From NCBI GenBank assembly GCA_951406725.2, contig OX597816.1:151652001-151716000 (forward strand): 64,000 bases of DNA. The letters run 5' to 3'. The stretch comes from Octopus vulgaris (taxonomy: Eukaryota). Both the position numbers and the translations under genes were made by a program. Position 1 is the stretch's first letter; each line of letters starts with the position of its first letter. A model generated the notes under the pieces. It was not told the DNA's origin. It searched no databases and was given only the letters and a program-made list of their open reading frames with translations. Positions 12,347-26,118 of this stretch are shown here, in pieces.

Positions 12347-13507
12347 CAAACTATGCCCTTTTAATCCAAAGCAACGCCGGGTATCTCTGCTAGTAACTTA
12401 TAAACTTTCCATAATTTTGTAGTTTGCCAAGATAAAATAAAGTACCAGTTAAGTACTGGGGTTGACTTAATCAACTAAATCCCTCCCCTAAAATTCTAGA
12501 GCTTGCGCCAAAATTTGAAATAATTATTACTATATTTTTGTGCTATCAGTGTTGGTTTGTTTATATTGCCATAACTTAGAGGTTTAGCAAAAGAGATCAA
12601 CAGAATGAGTACTAAACTTAAAAAATAAGTACTGGGGTCCATTTGGTGCCTCAGCATGGCCACAATCTAATGACTGAAACAGGTAACAGATAAAAGAAAA
12701 CACATGAAGGCATTTTACTGTTTATTTATAATTTATTCCTGTTCTTTTCCTTTAATATATGATATTTCTCAACGGTAGACATTTACAGAATTAGCTTCAT
12801 TGTAAAGTGTTAAATGGTAAGCTAATAATCTGTCAGGCTAGCATGATGTTGTCATTAAAAGTTCAGTTAAAAGCAGATTGACTTTTATATACCACAAAAC
12901 ACTATGTATAATATGCACTTCTCTTTTTCATCAAAATCCAGATGAAGATTATGGTTACATTAATGCCAAGTAAAAGGCTACAAAGATTTTCCCTCCCACT
13001 TTTATCAATGTAGTAAAGCTTTATTTTTTATTATTATTATATATCAGTATATTTTATATAAAATGAAATATTAAAAACTAATATGATGATCATAGATTAT
13101 CTATTCATCTACCAGTTTTTTTGTCTTCAAGACAGGAGGGAAGGCAGTACTCATGATCTGTTTTGGGTCCTCCAATACTAATGGGAGAGTGAAAGGAAGA
13201 TATTCTCAAAATGGAAACCTGGCCCCAATCCTTCCAACTTTGTGGATCCTGATAAAGGCTAGTGGCTACTTTGCCTTTTTATTTTTAATTCAAACTACAG
13301 TTAACATAGATATTCTTTCATTCTGTTATTGGTCTCTCTCACTGGATTAAGACTATGCTTTAGGCAGACCTTGAAGGATTTTAATCAATGACATATGTCC
13401 TAAATACTCATTCCAGTCTGGTACTTATTTTACTGATTTGTATTTGTTAAACTACTAAATTATTGGACATAAAGGAATGTAACATAAACACAATACCAGT
13501 TAACCAG

Positions 13508-13765
13508 TCATCATCATCATCATCATTGTTTAACGTCTGTTTTCCATGCTAGATTGGGTTGGACAGTTCGACCGGGGTCTGGGAAGCCAGGAGGCTGCGC
13601 CAGTCTCCAGTCTGATCTGGCAGTGTTTCTACAGCTGGATGTCCTTCCTAACACTAACCACTCTGTGAGTGTAGTGGGTGCTTTTTACATGCCACAGGCA
13701 CAGGGGCCAGAGGAGGCTGGCAAACGGCCACGATCGGCTGGTGCATTTTACATGTCACTGACACG
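13508..13765 (-). mobile_element. RTE LINE 3' tail fragment
   Basis: (CAT)n followed by the reverse complement of the tail at 51700-51933. Confidence 0.8.
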
Positions 13766-14257
13766 GGTACTCCAGCATGGCCGCAAACAAATGACTGAAA
13801 AAAGTAAAAGAATAACAGAATATATAATCTTAAAGTGTAAAAACACAAACCTTGTAAATACAGCTACCTAGATCCTGCTTTTCACACCTACTTCACAATG
13901 TCATTCTAAAAAATAAACAATCACATCATTGAAATCTTGAAGCTCTGAGACAATGCATAATTAATTCAAAACAATGTGAATGAATAAATATATTTGACAG
14001 AGTAATCTGAATGCTGAAGGGTTAAGCCAGCTTTGATCAAGCATGACCAAAAGCTTTCATCCAATATTACATTAACTAATTTATTATTCCTATTTTAAGA
14101 TGCTAGTATGTAAGTTGAGAGAGATTTGTGTCTTGGGTCTCTGACACAATAAAGTTTTTCATATCTAGCAGCTGACTTGGTTGAAACCCTAAGATTATCC
14201 ACCATTATTCCAACAACTTCAGCCACCTTTTTTTGAATTCAATATATCTACCACCTA

Positions 14258-14472
14258 AGGTGGTGAGCTGGCAGAAATGTTAGCACACAGGGCGAAATGC
14301 TTAGTGGTATTTCATCTGTCTTTATGTTGAGCTCAATTCCGCCAAGGTTGACTTTGCCTTTCATCCTTTCAGGGTTGATAAATTAAGTAAGTACTAGTTG
14401 CATACTAGGGTCAATCTAATTAACTGGCCCCCACCCCCAAAATTTCGGGCCTTGTGTCTAGAGTAGAAAAGA
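14258..14472 (+). mobile_element. SINE family A copy
   Basis: Full head, core and tail motifs. Confidence 0.85.
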
Positions 14473-14863
14473 CTATGTCTACTACCTGTGGACATGATTA
14501 TAAAATCAAATCATACTAAAACCCCCATGAGTTTGGGAAACATTTTTTCATGCTCAGAATTGTCCAAGTATGGAATAAATTACTTGCATTGTCTCAAGAC
14601 ACTGTATCCTTAAAAAATTCCATGTCTCTTGAAATTTACCAGCACTACTCCTGGCATGCCTCTGCACTCTTCCTCTTCATGCTTCTTTTACTGTTCACTC
14701 TTTGTGTTTTATTCTGTCCTGTGCATGGACTTTTGGCTGTCATTGCTGTCTTTCTTTACTTGATTTATTGTTGCTTTCTGTTCCCACTTCTACCTTTTTC
14801 TCATAAGTCATATTACACCTTATTATATTCAATAAACACATTATTCTTATTCTTATTATTAAG

Positions 14864-16330
14864 ATGGTGAGTTGGCATAAATGGTAAAGCATCATGCTTT
14901 ACATTCTGAGTTCAAATTCCACCAAGGTCAGCTTTATCTTTCATCCTTTTGGGGTCAATAAAGTACTGGAGCACTGGAGTTGATGTAATTAACTATGCCC
15001 TTCCCCTAAATTGCAGGCCTTGTGCCAAAATCTGAAACCATTATTATTATTATTATTATTATTATTTCACTGGGTAAAATACTTAGCAGCATTTCACCAG
15101 TCTTTATGTTCTCAGTTCAAATTCCGCCAAGGTTGACTGCTTTTCCTCCTTTTGGGGTCTATAAATTAAGTACCAGTCAAATACTGGGCTTGATGCGATT
15201 GACTTACTCCCTCCCCCAAAATTTCAGACCTTGTGCCTACAGTAGAAAGGATTATTATTATTATTATCATTATTATTAAGGTGGCGAGCTGGCAGAATTG
15301 CTAGTACACTGGGCGAAATGCTTAGTTGTATTTTGCCTGCTGCTATGTTCTGAGTTCAAATTCCACCAAGGTCAACCTTTCAGGGTTTATAAATTTGGTA
15401 CCAGTTGCCTACTGGGGTTGATCTAATCAACTAGCCACTGCCCCACCCAAAAAAACTTTGGGCCTTGTGCCTAAAGTAGAAAAGATTAGTATTAGTAATT
15501 AGCAAGCTGGCAGAGTCATTAGCATGCTGGGTGAAATGCTTAGCAGATTTTCACCTGTCACTACATTCTGAGTTCAAATTCCACTGAGGTCAGCTGCCTG
15601 TCATCCTTTCGGGGTTGATAAATTAAGTACCAGTGAAACACTAGGGTCAATGTAATTGACTAGTCCTCTTCCCCCAAAATTTCAGGCCTTGTGCCTTTTG
15701 TAGAATGGACTATTATTATTATTAAGGCAATGAGCTGGTCAAATCATTAACAAGTCAAACAAAATGCTTGGTAACATTTCTTTTAGCTCTTAATGCTCTG
15801 GGGTCAAGTTCTGCCAAGGTCAATTTTGTTGCTCAACCTTTTGGATAAAATAAGTACCAGTTGAGCACTGGGTTGATGCAATTGATTAGCTCCACCCCAC
15901 AAAATTTCTGGCCTTGTGCATATAGTAGAAAGGATTAATGGTGGTGAGCTGGCAGAATCGTTAGCATACTGGGAAAAATGCTTAAAGGCAGTTCTTCTGA
16001 TTCATTATATTCTGAGTTCAAATTCTGCCAAGCTCAACTTTCTCTTTTATCCTTTTGGGGTCAATAAAATAAGTACCAGTTGAATACTGAGCTTAATGTA
16101 ATCATTATTTTAATATTTACATTTAGGGAGGTGGCAATCTGGCATAACTGTTAGTATGCCAAGCAAAATCCCAAGCGGTGTTTCATCTGAATTCAAATGC
16201 TACCAAGGTTGACTTTGATTTTCATCCTTTCAGGGTCAATAAAATAAATACCAGTTGAGCACTGGGGTTGATGTAATCGACTTATCCTTCTCCCAAACTT
16301 GCTGGCCTTGTACCAAAATTTGAAATCAAT
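14864..16330 (+). mobile_element. Head-to-tail array of seven SINE family A copies
   Basis: Copies start near 14864, 15070, 15279, 15501, 15724, 15940 and 16129; several are separated by (ATT)n tails. Confidence 0.88.
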
Positions 16331-17479
16331 ATTTACATTCAGATAAAGGTTTTCACAATAGAGGCTATCAGAGATCAGTGAAATAATTTGAGAATAACTA
16401 AGTTATAAATGTCTCCTTTAATGTAGAAATTGGACATAGAAAGTAAAATTTTAAAATGTTCATCAATATTGTTATTTATCACCAAATTAATGTTGATGAG
16501 CAAAGGCATTCTAATTCTAGCCCTCTTGCTTTTTTTCTTTTTCTTAAAGACAATTGAGTGTAATTGAGGGAGACTTGGTTGCTATTTCCAGGATACTAAT
16601 CAACTGTGTAGAGGCACTCTGGTTGACTCATTTCCATTAATATTCATATCACAAAATGAACAGCTACAATATTCAAATTATTGTTTTGACTTCCAAGAAA
16701 CAATTATTAATGCATAAAGTAATTTAATAATAATTTAGCAATTCCATATAGAAATTCTAATAGATATACAAAGACCATATATATATTAGATTTACTAATG
16801 TACATTAGAGTTACCTGTACACAGTCACTTTGTAATATAAATACTGATACATATACTGTACAGTTGCTCACTTTTTCACACAATACCTTTTGAGAGAGAG
16901 AGAGAGAATAAAGACATACAAATGAAATTTAAGATAACAGATATTGCTGTATTTTTGGCACAGCTGATGCTGCCTTCTGTCCCAGAATGTTAGCCTATGA
17001 AATAATAATCATTCCATTTTGGTTTCTTACTTTTGGTACCTCCCTTCACCCCATAATACTGTTTCACTCAGCTACTTACCCCAATCAGGGTTACTTAGCC
17101 ACCTAATTCACCTTATTTTCATTGGTTTTTGACTAGCATCAATCCCACCCCCAAAGCCTCTTCTCTGAGATTGGTAAGACATTTGGATTTGCATAAAACA
17201 TACACACTAAGAATATGAATGGAAGGGTCTAATAATTATATACAGGTGTATACACACACACACTTTCTTGTACTCTATCTGTATGTCTCTCTCTCTTTCA
17301 CACACACACACAAATACCTTTTACATCATAAATGCATACACACCTAAGTACACATACAGCTGTTTTCTCATAGCTATTCTAAATTTTTCACCCTAACCCT
17401 GCTCCAAAAGAGAATTTTTTTTTTTTTGCATAGATACTATGAACTCCAAAACTACTCTGACTGTTACCTTTCTTTTTAG

Positions 17480-17524
17480 CCAATAAAAATGAGCTAATCC
17501 TGAGGAGATGAACAGGTATATAAA
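17480..17524 (+). promoter_or_regulatory. Arginine kinase promoter A (CCAAT + TATA)
   Basis: CCAAT 17480-17484 and TATATAAA 17517-17524, about 80 bp upstream of ATG 17600. Confidence 0.7.
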
Positions 17525-17599
17525 CCCCTGGCAAGCAGCTTTCGTTGCTGCATCTGACAATTTTACCCCAATACTTGGAATATTAACGAAGTTATAACT

Positions 17600-17750
17600 A
17601 TGGCTGACGGAGACGAATTATTCGCACTTATTCAGGGTGCCAAGGACTGTCATTCTTTATTGAAGAAACATCTCACTAAGGAACGTTATGAAAAATTGAA
17701 AAATTTGAAGACCAAGTTTGGTGGTACTATTGCAGATTGCATCCGTTCAG
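17600..17750 (+). CDS. AK: Arginine kinase, alternative first coding exon 1A
   Basis: MADGDELFALIQGAKDCHSLLKKHLTKERYEKLKNLKTKFGGTIADCIRS-G (151 nt), phosphagen kinase N-terminal domain. Donor CAG|GTAAGA, phase 1, matches exon 2. Confidence 0.93.
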
Positions 17751-18324
17751 GTAAGATACAAAAAATATTTGAAAAACTTTATTATTTTCTATGAATGAGT
17801 TAATGTACCAAAGAAAAAACAAATATATATTATGACAAAAAAAAAAAGACATTATTAAAATGTTAATTATTTTAATTTTAAAAATGTATTATTATGTATG
17901 TTAGTAAGTTTATCACTCTTGATATCATCCCACTTGAGACCACTCCAACATTGATGACACGAAACTTCTAATTTCAAAGTGTTCATATTTAAGTTAAGAC
18001 CTTTCATCATCATTTTACAATACGATTCGTTATTTTTTAAAATTCTTCTAAATTATTGAATTTTGTTTTACAAAATTAAAATGCATAGGTAATTTGGTCC
18101 CAACAGGGCTAAATAAAAGTCTGTACATTTTAAACTGAAATTATGATGAAACTTTGGGTGGGTGGGGGAATGCAAAACAAAAAATAAGATTATGAAAAGT
18201 TTGAAATACCAAAGAAAGTTTACCGTTTTCTTTGAAAACCTTCATTATATCTAAAAGTTCAGGGATATAACAATGAAAACTTTTAAATAACCATATATAT
18301 ATATATATCCAACTGCAGTTTATG

Positions 18325-18575
18325 CTCTTTGACTGAATATTGCCTCTTACGTGCCACCGGCACGGAAGCCAGTCAGCTGCTCTGGCAACGATCACGTTCG
18401 GATGGTGCTCTTAGCGCTCCACAAGCACGGATGCCAGCCATCGAATTTGATTTCGTTTTCACTTGCCTCAACAGGTCTTCGCAAGCAGAGTTTAGTGTCC
18501 AATGAAGGAAAGGTACGCATAAGTGGGCTGGTTACACCCCTGGCATTTGGCCACGAGGTTATGATCTCTCAAGCA
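18325..18575 (-). mobile_element. RTE LINE 3' UTR fragment
   Basis: Reverse complement resembles 51110-51200 and 51650-51690. Confidence 0.7.
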
Positions 18576-19040
18576 CAACATATTTCCGAAATGCATATAT
18601 GTATGAAAACGAGCTCAACCCCAGAGTTACTGTCATACGGACAATGTAGCCCATGTCTGAACTTGCTGATTAATAACACATATTCCACATACTAGCAACA
18701 AGAGAAGAAGCTGGCATTTATTAGCTGACTATCAAGCCTAACAAAGAGCTTTAACTTGATAGTTTTTTTTTTCTTTTAAAAACAAGATGTTTCGAGGGTT
18801 ACATTATTCAACGTGTTTAACTTAGTGTACAGAGTAGCGCATTAAGCAAGCCCATGGTTTAAATTACGAGATCAAACAAAACCGGCACAATAATAATAAT
18901 ATTAACTATCTGTTCAAATCACTGAGTAGTTAATGAAAGTATCTTGTAACAGGGAATTTAATTAAAAAACAAAAATAAGAAAAAAAAAATGTTCAAGTTC
19001 AGTGGTATATTTTGAACGAATGCGCAGCCGTGATTTTTTT

Positions 19041-19142
19041 TCAATAGATGCATACATATACATAAATAAATATATCAATGCGTGCTTTTATCAATAGATG
19101 CATACATATACATAAATAAATATATCAATGCGTGCTTTTATC
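19041..19142. repeat. Exact 50-bp tandem duplication
   Basis: TCAATAGATGCATACATATACATAAATAAATATATCAATGCGTGCTTTTA occurs twice. Confidence 0.95.
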
Positions 19143-19200
19143 CATCCATCTAACCATCAATACAAAAACATGATTTAAATGCATATACACTCAGTCACAA

Positions 19201-19448
<248 letters not shown>

Positions 19449-19829
19449 CTTATAAATAAATTTATAATGCCGAAAATTGGACAAATTGTCCATTACCATA
19501 TAATTTTTCACAATACACACGCAAATTTTTTTTTCGTTTGCCCTTATTTATAAGTTGTTTATAATTTTAACCTTTAAAGATATTTTTTAATATGCTGGCC
19601 ATTGATAAAATTTTTTTTCCGAAAAAATTTTATCCTACATTAAAAAAAAAATAAAAAAAAAAAAAAAATATATATATATGTCATTGTATCGACCAGAATA
19701 TCAGATGTTGTTTATACATCGCTGGTCACAATGCACTTTCAATTCTTGATTGCTCCATTCTCTTCCATCTCGTCTTAAATCGCTTAACTAAAACGGTTTC
19801 TGATCTCTTGGATGCCACTCGAGAATTGC

Positions 19830-21056
19830 TCAGGTCCACCTTCTGTTTGTAAACCTTACATGTCCAGCTCAGCAGAACTTGTACATTCGGTATTCTGCGA
19901 TCACATCTTTCATTCTCTTCGGTTCTCGAAATATAAAGACAAGATGGAAGGCGTTTACCGAAATAAAGGACGCGCTCAAACAGCCGCTGAATGGAGGGGG
20001 GGGGGTCAAGCCGTAGTTGCTGATGCGCAGATATGCGCTCGGGCAGCACATCTCCAGTGTTTCGTTGACGGTGAGCAGGTGTAGTCGCCGTTTGGTAGGC
20101 TAGCTCTCCCACATCTCGCCTCTTTGACTGTGTTGCAAATCTGGATTAGGTGTACACTGAGGAGGAGCGCCTGGCACTTTGAGTGCCGTCAAGCACTCAC
20201 AACCCCCTGCTGGTAATGCGGTCGGTGGTAGTTCCACTCTAGTGTTTTATAGAGGGTTAGTGGAGAAAAAGTATGACGATGTTCTCGAGGAAGCTCTGGG
20301 CATCAACGAAGAAATTCCTGGTCTGTTCCGGAAGACTTTCGGGCCGGGGCCTGTGGATAACTTCCAGAAATCCCTAGCCTAGCAGTGCTACTGAGGGGCG
20401 CTGCCCGTTCGAGATAAACTTTACCGGCACGGAAGTTCCATTAGCCAAGCCTGTCCAAGGTGCACACAGAGCGATGAAACCATTCTGCACGCACTCATCC
20501 AGTGCCCGAGCATTGCAGACCTGTGGGTTTATATCGAACACCTGTCGCGTGTAGGACGGATCTGGCTATCAGCTGAATCTATAGTGAAGATTACCCCGCC
20601 GCCCTCCTTTTGGGCGGGAAGGGCTTGCAATTTTTGTCTGGTGGCTGTAACGAAAGAGGTAGTGTGCTAGTCACGCTTGAAAGGGCTAAAGACAGACACT
20701 TTCCACTTTAGCGAAGCCCCCATAAACTTTTTCAAGTTTTACTTGAAAAGGAAAGTGAGGGTGGAGAGGGAAGTGTTGCCTTCTAGCAAATTTGTTGAAA
20801 GGTAGGTGAATGTTGAAAAAATGACCAGTATGAATGACCTATTTTGAGCATGCGCCTGTGAAAAATAAAAGAAGCGCTCTTACCCTGTTTGTCAGGCACC
20901 CTTGGCTTTTTTGTACGTTTTTCCACGAATAGCCTTGAAGCGCTTCCCCCATTGGGAGTTTTATTTGTTTGATTTTAACAATTTTTGTTTATACGTTTTT
21001 AAAACCTGTTGTATCGTCCCATGTTGTTCTATGTAAGTCCTTGTGGTCAACAAAAG
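19830..21056 (+). mobile_element. L1/Tx1-type LINE 3' fragment, decayed
   Basis: ALPVRDKLYRHGSSISQACPRCTQSDETILHALIQCP (about 20398-20508) with in-frame stops nearby; same family as 6040-6620. Confidence 0.8.
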
Positions 21057-22624
21057 AATGAATTATTAATGCTGACAGTTGAAAGCAAGTTATATTCCTG
21101 TCGTTGTAGATAGAGCAACTACTAACACATTCTGATTGATTGCAAACGCCATTCAAAGTCACTTAAATAATCACAAAATATTGGTTTGTTTGACATAGTT
21201 ACTGCAATCAATTGAATCTGTGAAATTTTAAGAGAAAGAACAGCGTAACAAATTTGAAAATCGATAATATTTAAAAATGTAAACGTAGTACCATATATTA
21301 TTTCAAACAAAACGTTATTTTAGATATCACTCCAAACAAAACGCTACATTAAACATTTCAAACAAAAAGTTAGTACGTAGACACATTATAAAGAAAAAGA
21401 CAATTATTGTGAAATATTGGATTACTTTGCTGAAATAGCAAATTTCCATCAATATTTTCTATCAATGAAGGATCAAAATATTTTCAAGAGTTTCTACTAC
21501 AGTACACGACCTTATATAGATTATTGGTAGTTATAGTTGATGTAATTTGAACTGAAATTGAGTTTCGTTTCATTGCAAGCAGACGGAAATATCGACTGTA
21601 TCTATAAGAAGCGTAGCTAGAATGAGTACCGCCTAAAGCGCGAAATTTTTTTTTTTTTCTACGAGAGTTCCGGATCCCAGTTATGAACTCATTTGCATAC
21701 AGCCAACCAGAGCTCAACTATCAAACTAATTTATGAGCGCATAAAAGTGATGGGCAATAAGATAATGTCATTTGGTTAACGAATGATCATGCTTCTTTTC
21801 TCTTTTAATAATGCTTGTTCTTGTTCCAACTATGGCTGCCTCTCCGTAGTTAGTTGTGTTGTTCTAGCGTTGCTAGTACATCACCCTCTACCCACATTTT
21901 CCCCATCCACATCTTTACCATATGGGACCCTAACAAAATGCGATAATAGGCATAACTTGGTTATCGGTCGACTTTACAACACCGTTCTTCGTCTTAAGTT
22001 TACTTGGTAGAGTGTGTTTGTTAACTTCGAATTTACGCATCTTTAGTAAATTTATATCTGGTACAAAGCAGAAAAAGTGTTTTTAAAAATTCTAAGAACA
22101 GCATTCCATCCAGAAAACTGTTAATTAGAAAGAATTTGTGAAAATGTAAGGTATATTTCAAAATATTTTGAACAATGAAAGGTCGGGTGAAGATATACTC
22201 AATGGAATTGATAATCTATTGAGCAATAAATAATGGCTGACGTTGGATGATTAGATGGCATAAACTCAGTTCCCCCCCCCCCCATGCATATTATTTCATT
22301 TAAATGTAGTTGGATCAGATTGGAGTAAGATTAGCAAAATGCTTAGATTTTTTTTCCATGGCATACAGGACCCTAGATTATGCATATAAAAAAAAATTGT
22401 ACTGACTGATTTTTACAGTAATGAACTAGAATCGCCACTGATAGATTTCGAACACCTATACACGGACACACATATTTAATGTGTGTGTTAGTACACATAC
22501 ACGCGCGCGCTTAAGATATATATACTCTAGGAACACTATATAAAGATAACAAACCATACTACTACCAACATATACCCTTTCATGTCACCCAGTGAGGTTG
22601 TATACATTATTCGGGCGGCGCTAA

Positions 22625-22910
22625 CGGTTAGTAGTAGTGACGGTTGTAGTAGTACTATTAGTAGTGGTTGTAATAGTTTAGGTGGTAGTGTTTGATGGCG
22701 GCAGTGGTGGCGTTGATGATACTTACTAGAAGTGGTAGTATTTAAAGTGGTGGTGGTGGTGGTGATGATGATTTTTTCATTATAGTAGTAGTAGTTGTGG
22801 TGGTGATTGTAGTAGTGGTAGAGGTTGTAGTAGAAAGGTAGTAATGGTTAATGTGTCTTGTAATAAAGGGTACTGGTAGTGGCGGTGGTGGTGGTAGTAG
22901 TAGTGCTGTC
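22625..22910. repeat. Degenerate (GGT/AGT/GAT)n trinucleotide tract
   Basis: Directly visible; explains the spurious poly-T and poly-P ORFs. Confidence 0.9.
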
Positions 22911-25430
22911 TTGCGATCAAGACCACTACCGCACACACACATTTCGATAATGTCAAATTATGAGGCAAACAACAGCAGCCTCCTTCACTCCCAGTTTTGT
23001 TGTTGTTTACGATCAAAGCCTTTCCAGTAGTGACTACCCTCCTTTGTTTTTTCTAATTTTTCTTTTTCTTAATTTCCATTTTCTATATCATCGACTGTTC
23101 AGTGTATGGGGGTGGGCGTAGTACTACTACTGGAGCATGTAATGTTAGATTCTCCATCCCACCCCGGACCAACTTGGAGTTTATCATTTTCAAAGGCTAC
23201 TCGCACGTGCATATATCAATGTGTGTGTGTATATTTATGAGTATATGCACGCGCACACACATACACAAACTATGTAAGCCAACTGTATATATATATATAT
23301 GGCTTGTACATGTGTAGGGAAGGTGATTAATCTGGCTAAAAAGTCGTTTGACCTTCACAAGCCTCGTCCCGCTCAGCTGTAAACTGAATTCTCATTTCTT
23401 TCGACTTCTTTTTTTTTATTATTTTTAACATTTTGGTGTCCGTCAAATAATGATGTCGATGACATTGACAAAACCAATTTTGCCCACAGAACTAATTCCA
23501 AAAATCGATATTTGGCATGCATATTAATGAATGTAATTCGATTATGTAAGGTACTTCGATAAACTGTCAGTTACATGCTTACAACGTAACTGGGCAATGA
23601 CGTACATACATATATATGAACCGGTTTGTGAATGTGTATTTGTCTTATATGAGTGTGCTTCTTCCTATGTTTTCTTCGCTAGTTGTATATAACGAAAAAA
23701 ATAAGATATCACACCAGGCGCGAACACACACACACACACACACACGCACACGCGCGCGCATTCACATATACATACACACAGGTATATGCATTGGCAAACT
23801 TTTATTTACAAAGAAAAAGTACTCAGTTCATATAGTAAAGGGTCTATATTTTATTAGAAGCCGAAACCTCTTAAATTATAACTGTTTTGTGTCGCCAACT
23901 AATCGAACGAGTCTAGAGAAGCAGCGTGACAACATATAAGCAAACATATTCCTAAACATATAAAAATATATGGTAAAACAAGATTTGATTGGTTGCCGAC
24001 GAACCAATAAAAAATGTATTGAGTCATCTATTCCAATCCAAAAACATGAGACATTTTCCTGTCTTCAGTATTTGTGTAAAACACATAAAATCAAGAAACA
24101 TGGCTTATAAATAAAGTTTCTGCTTTTAATGCTAAATGTTTTTTGTTTTCTTGTATGACAATTTTTCAGGGCATAACAACTCTCTCTCTCTCTTTAATAA
24201 ATTATTTTAGCTTATTGGTAGTTTGAAATTCTCTTGTTGACAATTCCAAAAACCAGTTAGCTTGTCTGATTGACAAAGTGACACCTTCTAGTGCAGTTAG
24301 TAAAGGTGGGGTGCATGTTCTTCAATGGAACAAATATTTTTATAATTGCTTTAATCTCCCTGACAGGGATGTGGTAAGAAGTCTTCCTAAGAGTCAGAAT
24401 GTATATAAATATTGCAAGAGTCTTTTTCAAAGGAATTTTCAGTAAAACCTTTTAGAGCTTTTTGGTTTTGTTATTTGTATTTTTAAAAAAATCTTAGCTT
24501 GATAGACACATACTTCTAAGAGAGCAGATATTGGGGCTATTGTAAGCATGCATGCATACATACATATAATATGGTTTAACTGGCCGAAACTTCGAAGACA
24601 CTATAATATTCTGGTTTAAGAACACACAGACACACATGTATGTATCATAAAATGTTTTGTGTCGTCCTGCATTACCACCTTACACAGAAAGTGAAAGTAA
24701 ACAAGGGAAGTGTATGATATAGGTGACATAAAGCACAAAGGCTGAGCGAGACAGGAAAAAAAAAACAGAAAAATAAATCAAAAGATGTATTAAAGATGCT
24801 TATTCTATTAAACGGCAGCATTAGATTTAATTTTAAGATACTGCAAATGGTGAGAAAATAAATGGAATGCGAGAATGGAAAAGGAAAGACTATAAAAGCT
24901 ACTTACATATAAGTACTATATATATAATATATACATATATAGCTACACACACACACACACACATGTATAGATACGTGTGTATGTGTATTATGTGTATACA
25001 TGTATGCTTGTATAAATACATGAATAGAGATCCAAACACTACCTAATTTTGTGTGTGTGTGCATGTATACACAAGCATAGTTTTCAAATACATACCCATG
25101 TTTAAAGTATGTGTATCTGCACGTAGAAGACAAATATGTTTATATTTATCGTATGTAAATGTATGCATATATTTATATTTATTGTATGCGAATATATATT
25201 TCTATGTATTATACATACACAAACACATATTTAAATGTAAATAAGCAATAAAAATGCAATAATTTCTATACACAATATCTACTTAAATAAAATTATCGTT
25301 AACCCTATATTTTCAATTACATGCGTAAATCTGAAAACTGAAATGCATTGGCATATACATGTGTGGAGATAGATATACATGGATATACATATATGGGTAT
25401 CTCTAAATATATATAGTTCAGTAGTTTGCC

Positions 25431-25470
<40 letters not shown>

Positions 25471-25948
25471 ATAAATCTCATACACACATAACTTCGCAGG
25501 TAAAATGTTAGATGCAAACTGCCTGGGAGGTGGGTGATCTTCTCTAGTATTAAGAACCCACCCCCTTTAATACCAGTTCATTTAGTGTCGTTAGTGGAGT
25601 CCACGTTACAAGCATTCGAACCAGGTTTCTTTCTTTTTTTTTTTTTTTTCATCTGCAAATAACTTCTTTCCTAATTTCTCACTAGTTTATAGGGAGAAAC
25701 CTGAAAAAGGTCATTGGTGTTGCCCTTCATCCTTTAACTTAACCAGTAAATACATAAGTAGACGTAGGTGGGTGTGCACAGAGAATATATACATATAATA
25801 TAATATAATTAAATATAATATATATAGACATATACACACAGAGCGTTGCTAAAAAATCAAACTACACAAGACGTTGAAATCGTATCTACCGTTTCCCAAG
25901 CCGAGCATTGATAGAACGTGCATGATGTGTGCATGACACAAGAATCAA

Positions 25949-25984
25949 CCAATCACAGTGAAGCCCAGTTAATGGGGTATAAAA
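25949..25984 (+). promoter_or_regulatory. Arginine kinase promoter B (CCAAT + TATA)
   Basis: AACCAATCA with CCAAT 25949-25953 and TATAAAA 25978-25984, about 140 bp upstream of ATG 26119. Confidence 0.72.
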
Positions 25985-26118
25985 GCCTGGCTTTGTTGAG
26001 TGCAGTCCACTGTCGCACCTTCTTACAGTTAGTTAAATCTATCTGTAGCTATCGGTTGTCCAGATACAACCACTTTCTGCCTTACACAGCTGCTTTTTTT
26101 TGCTCACAATCTAAGAAT

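Larger units (their letters stand above)
9491..12393 (+). mobile_element. Non-autonomous Helitron-like element carrying nested insertions
   Basis: 5' end A|TCTATATGTATAAAA and 3' end GCAACGCCGGGTATCTCTGCTAG|T. TC...CTAG termini at an A|T target are the Helitron signature. Confidence 0.6.

Noticed and set aside
17600-17794. Exon 1A as a separate truncated AK pseudogene, or 1A+1B as a two-domain AK
   Set aside because: Exon 1A has an intact promoter, frame and donor with a strong synonymous bias, and no copies of exons 2-6 were seen between 1A and 1B.
25918-26118. N-terminal extension of exon 1B implied by the 125-aa ORF (possible targeting peptide)
   Set aside because: The extension runs through the CCAAT and TATA boxes; the upstream in-frame ATGs lie 5' of the TATA box, and homology starts at Met 26119.
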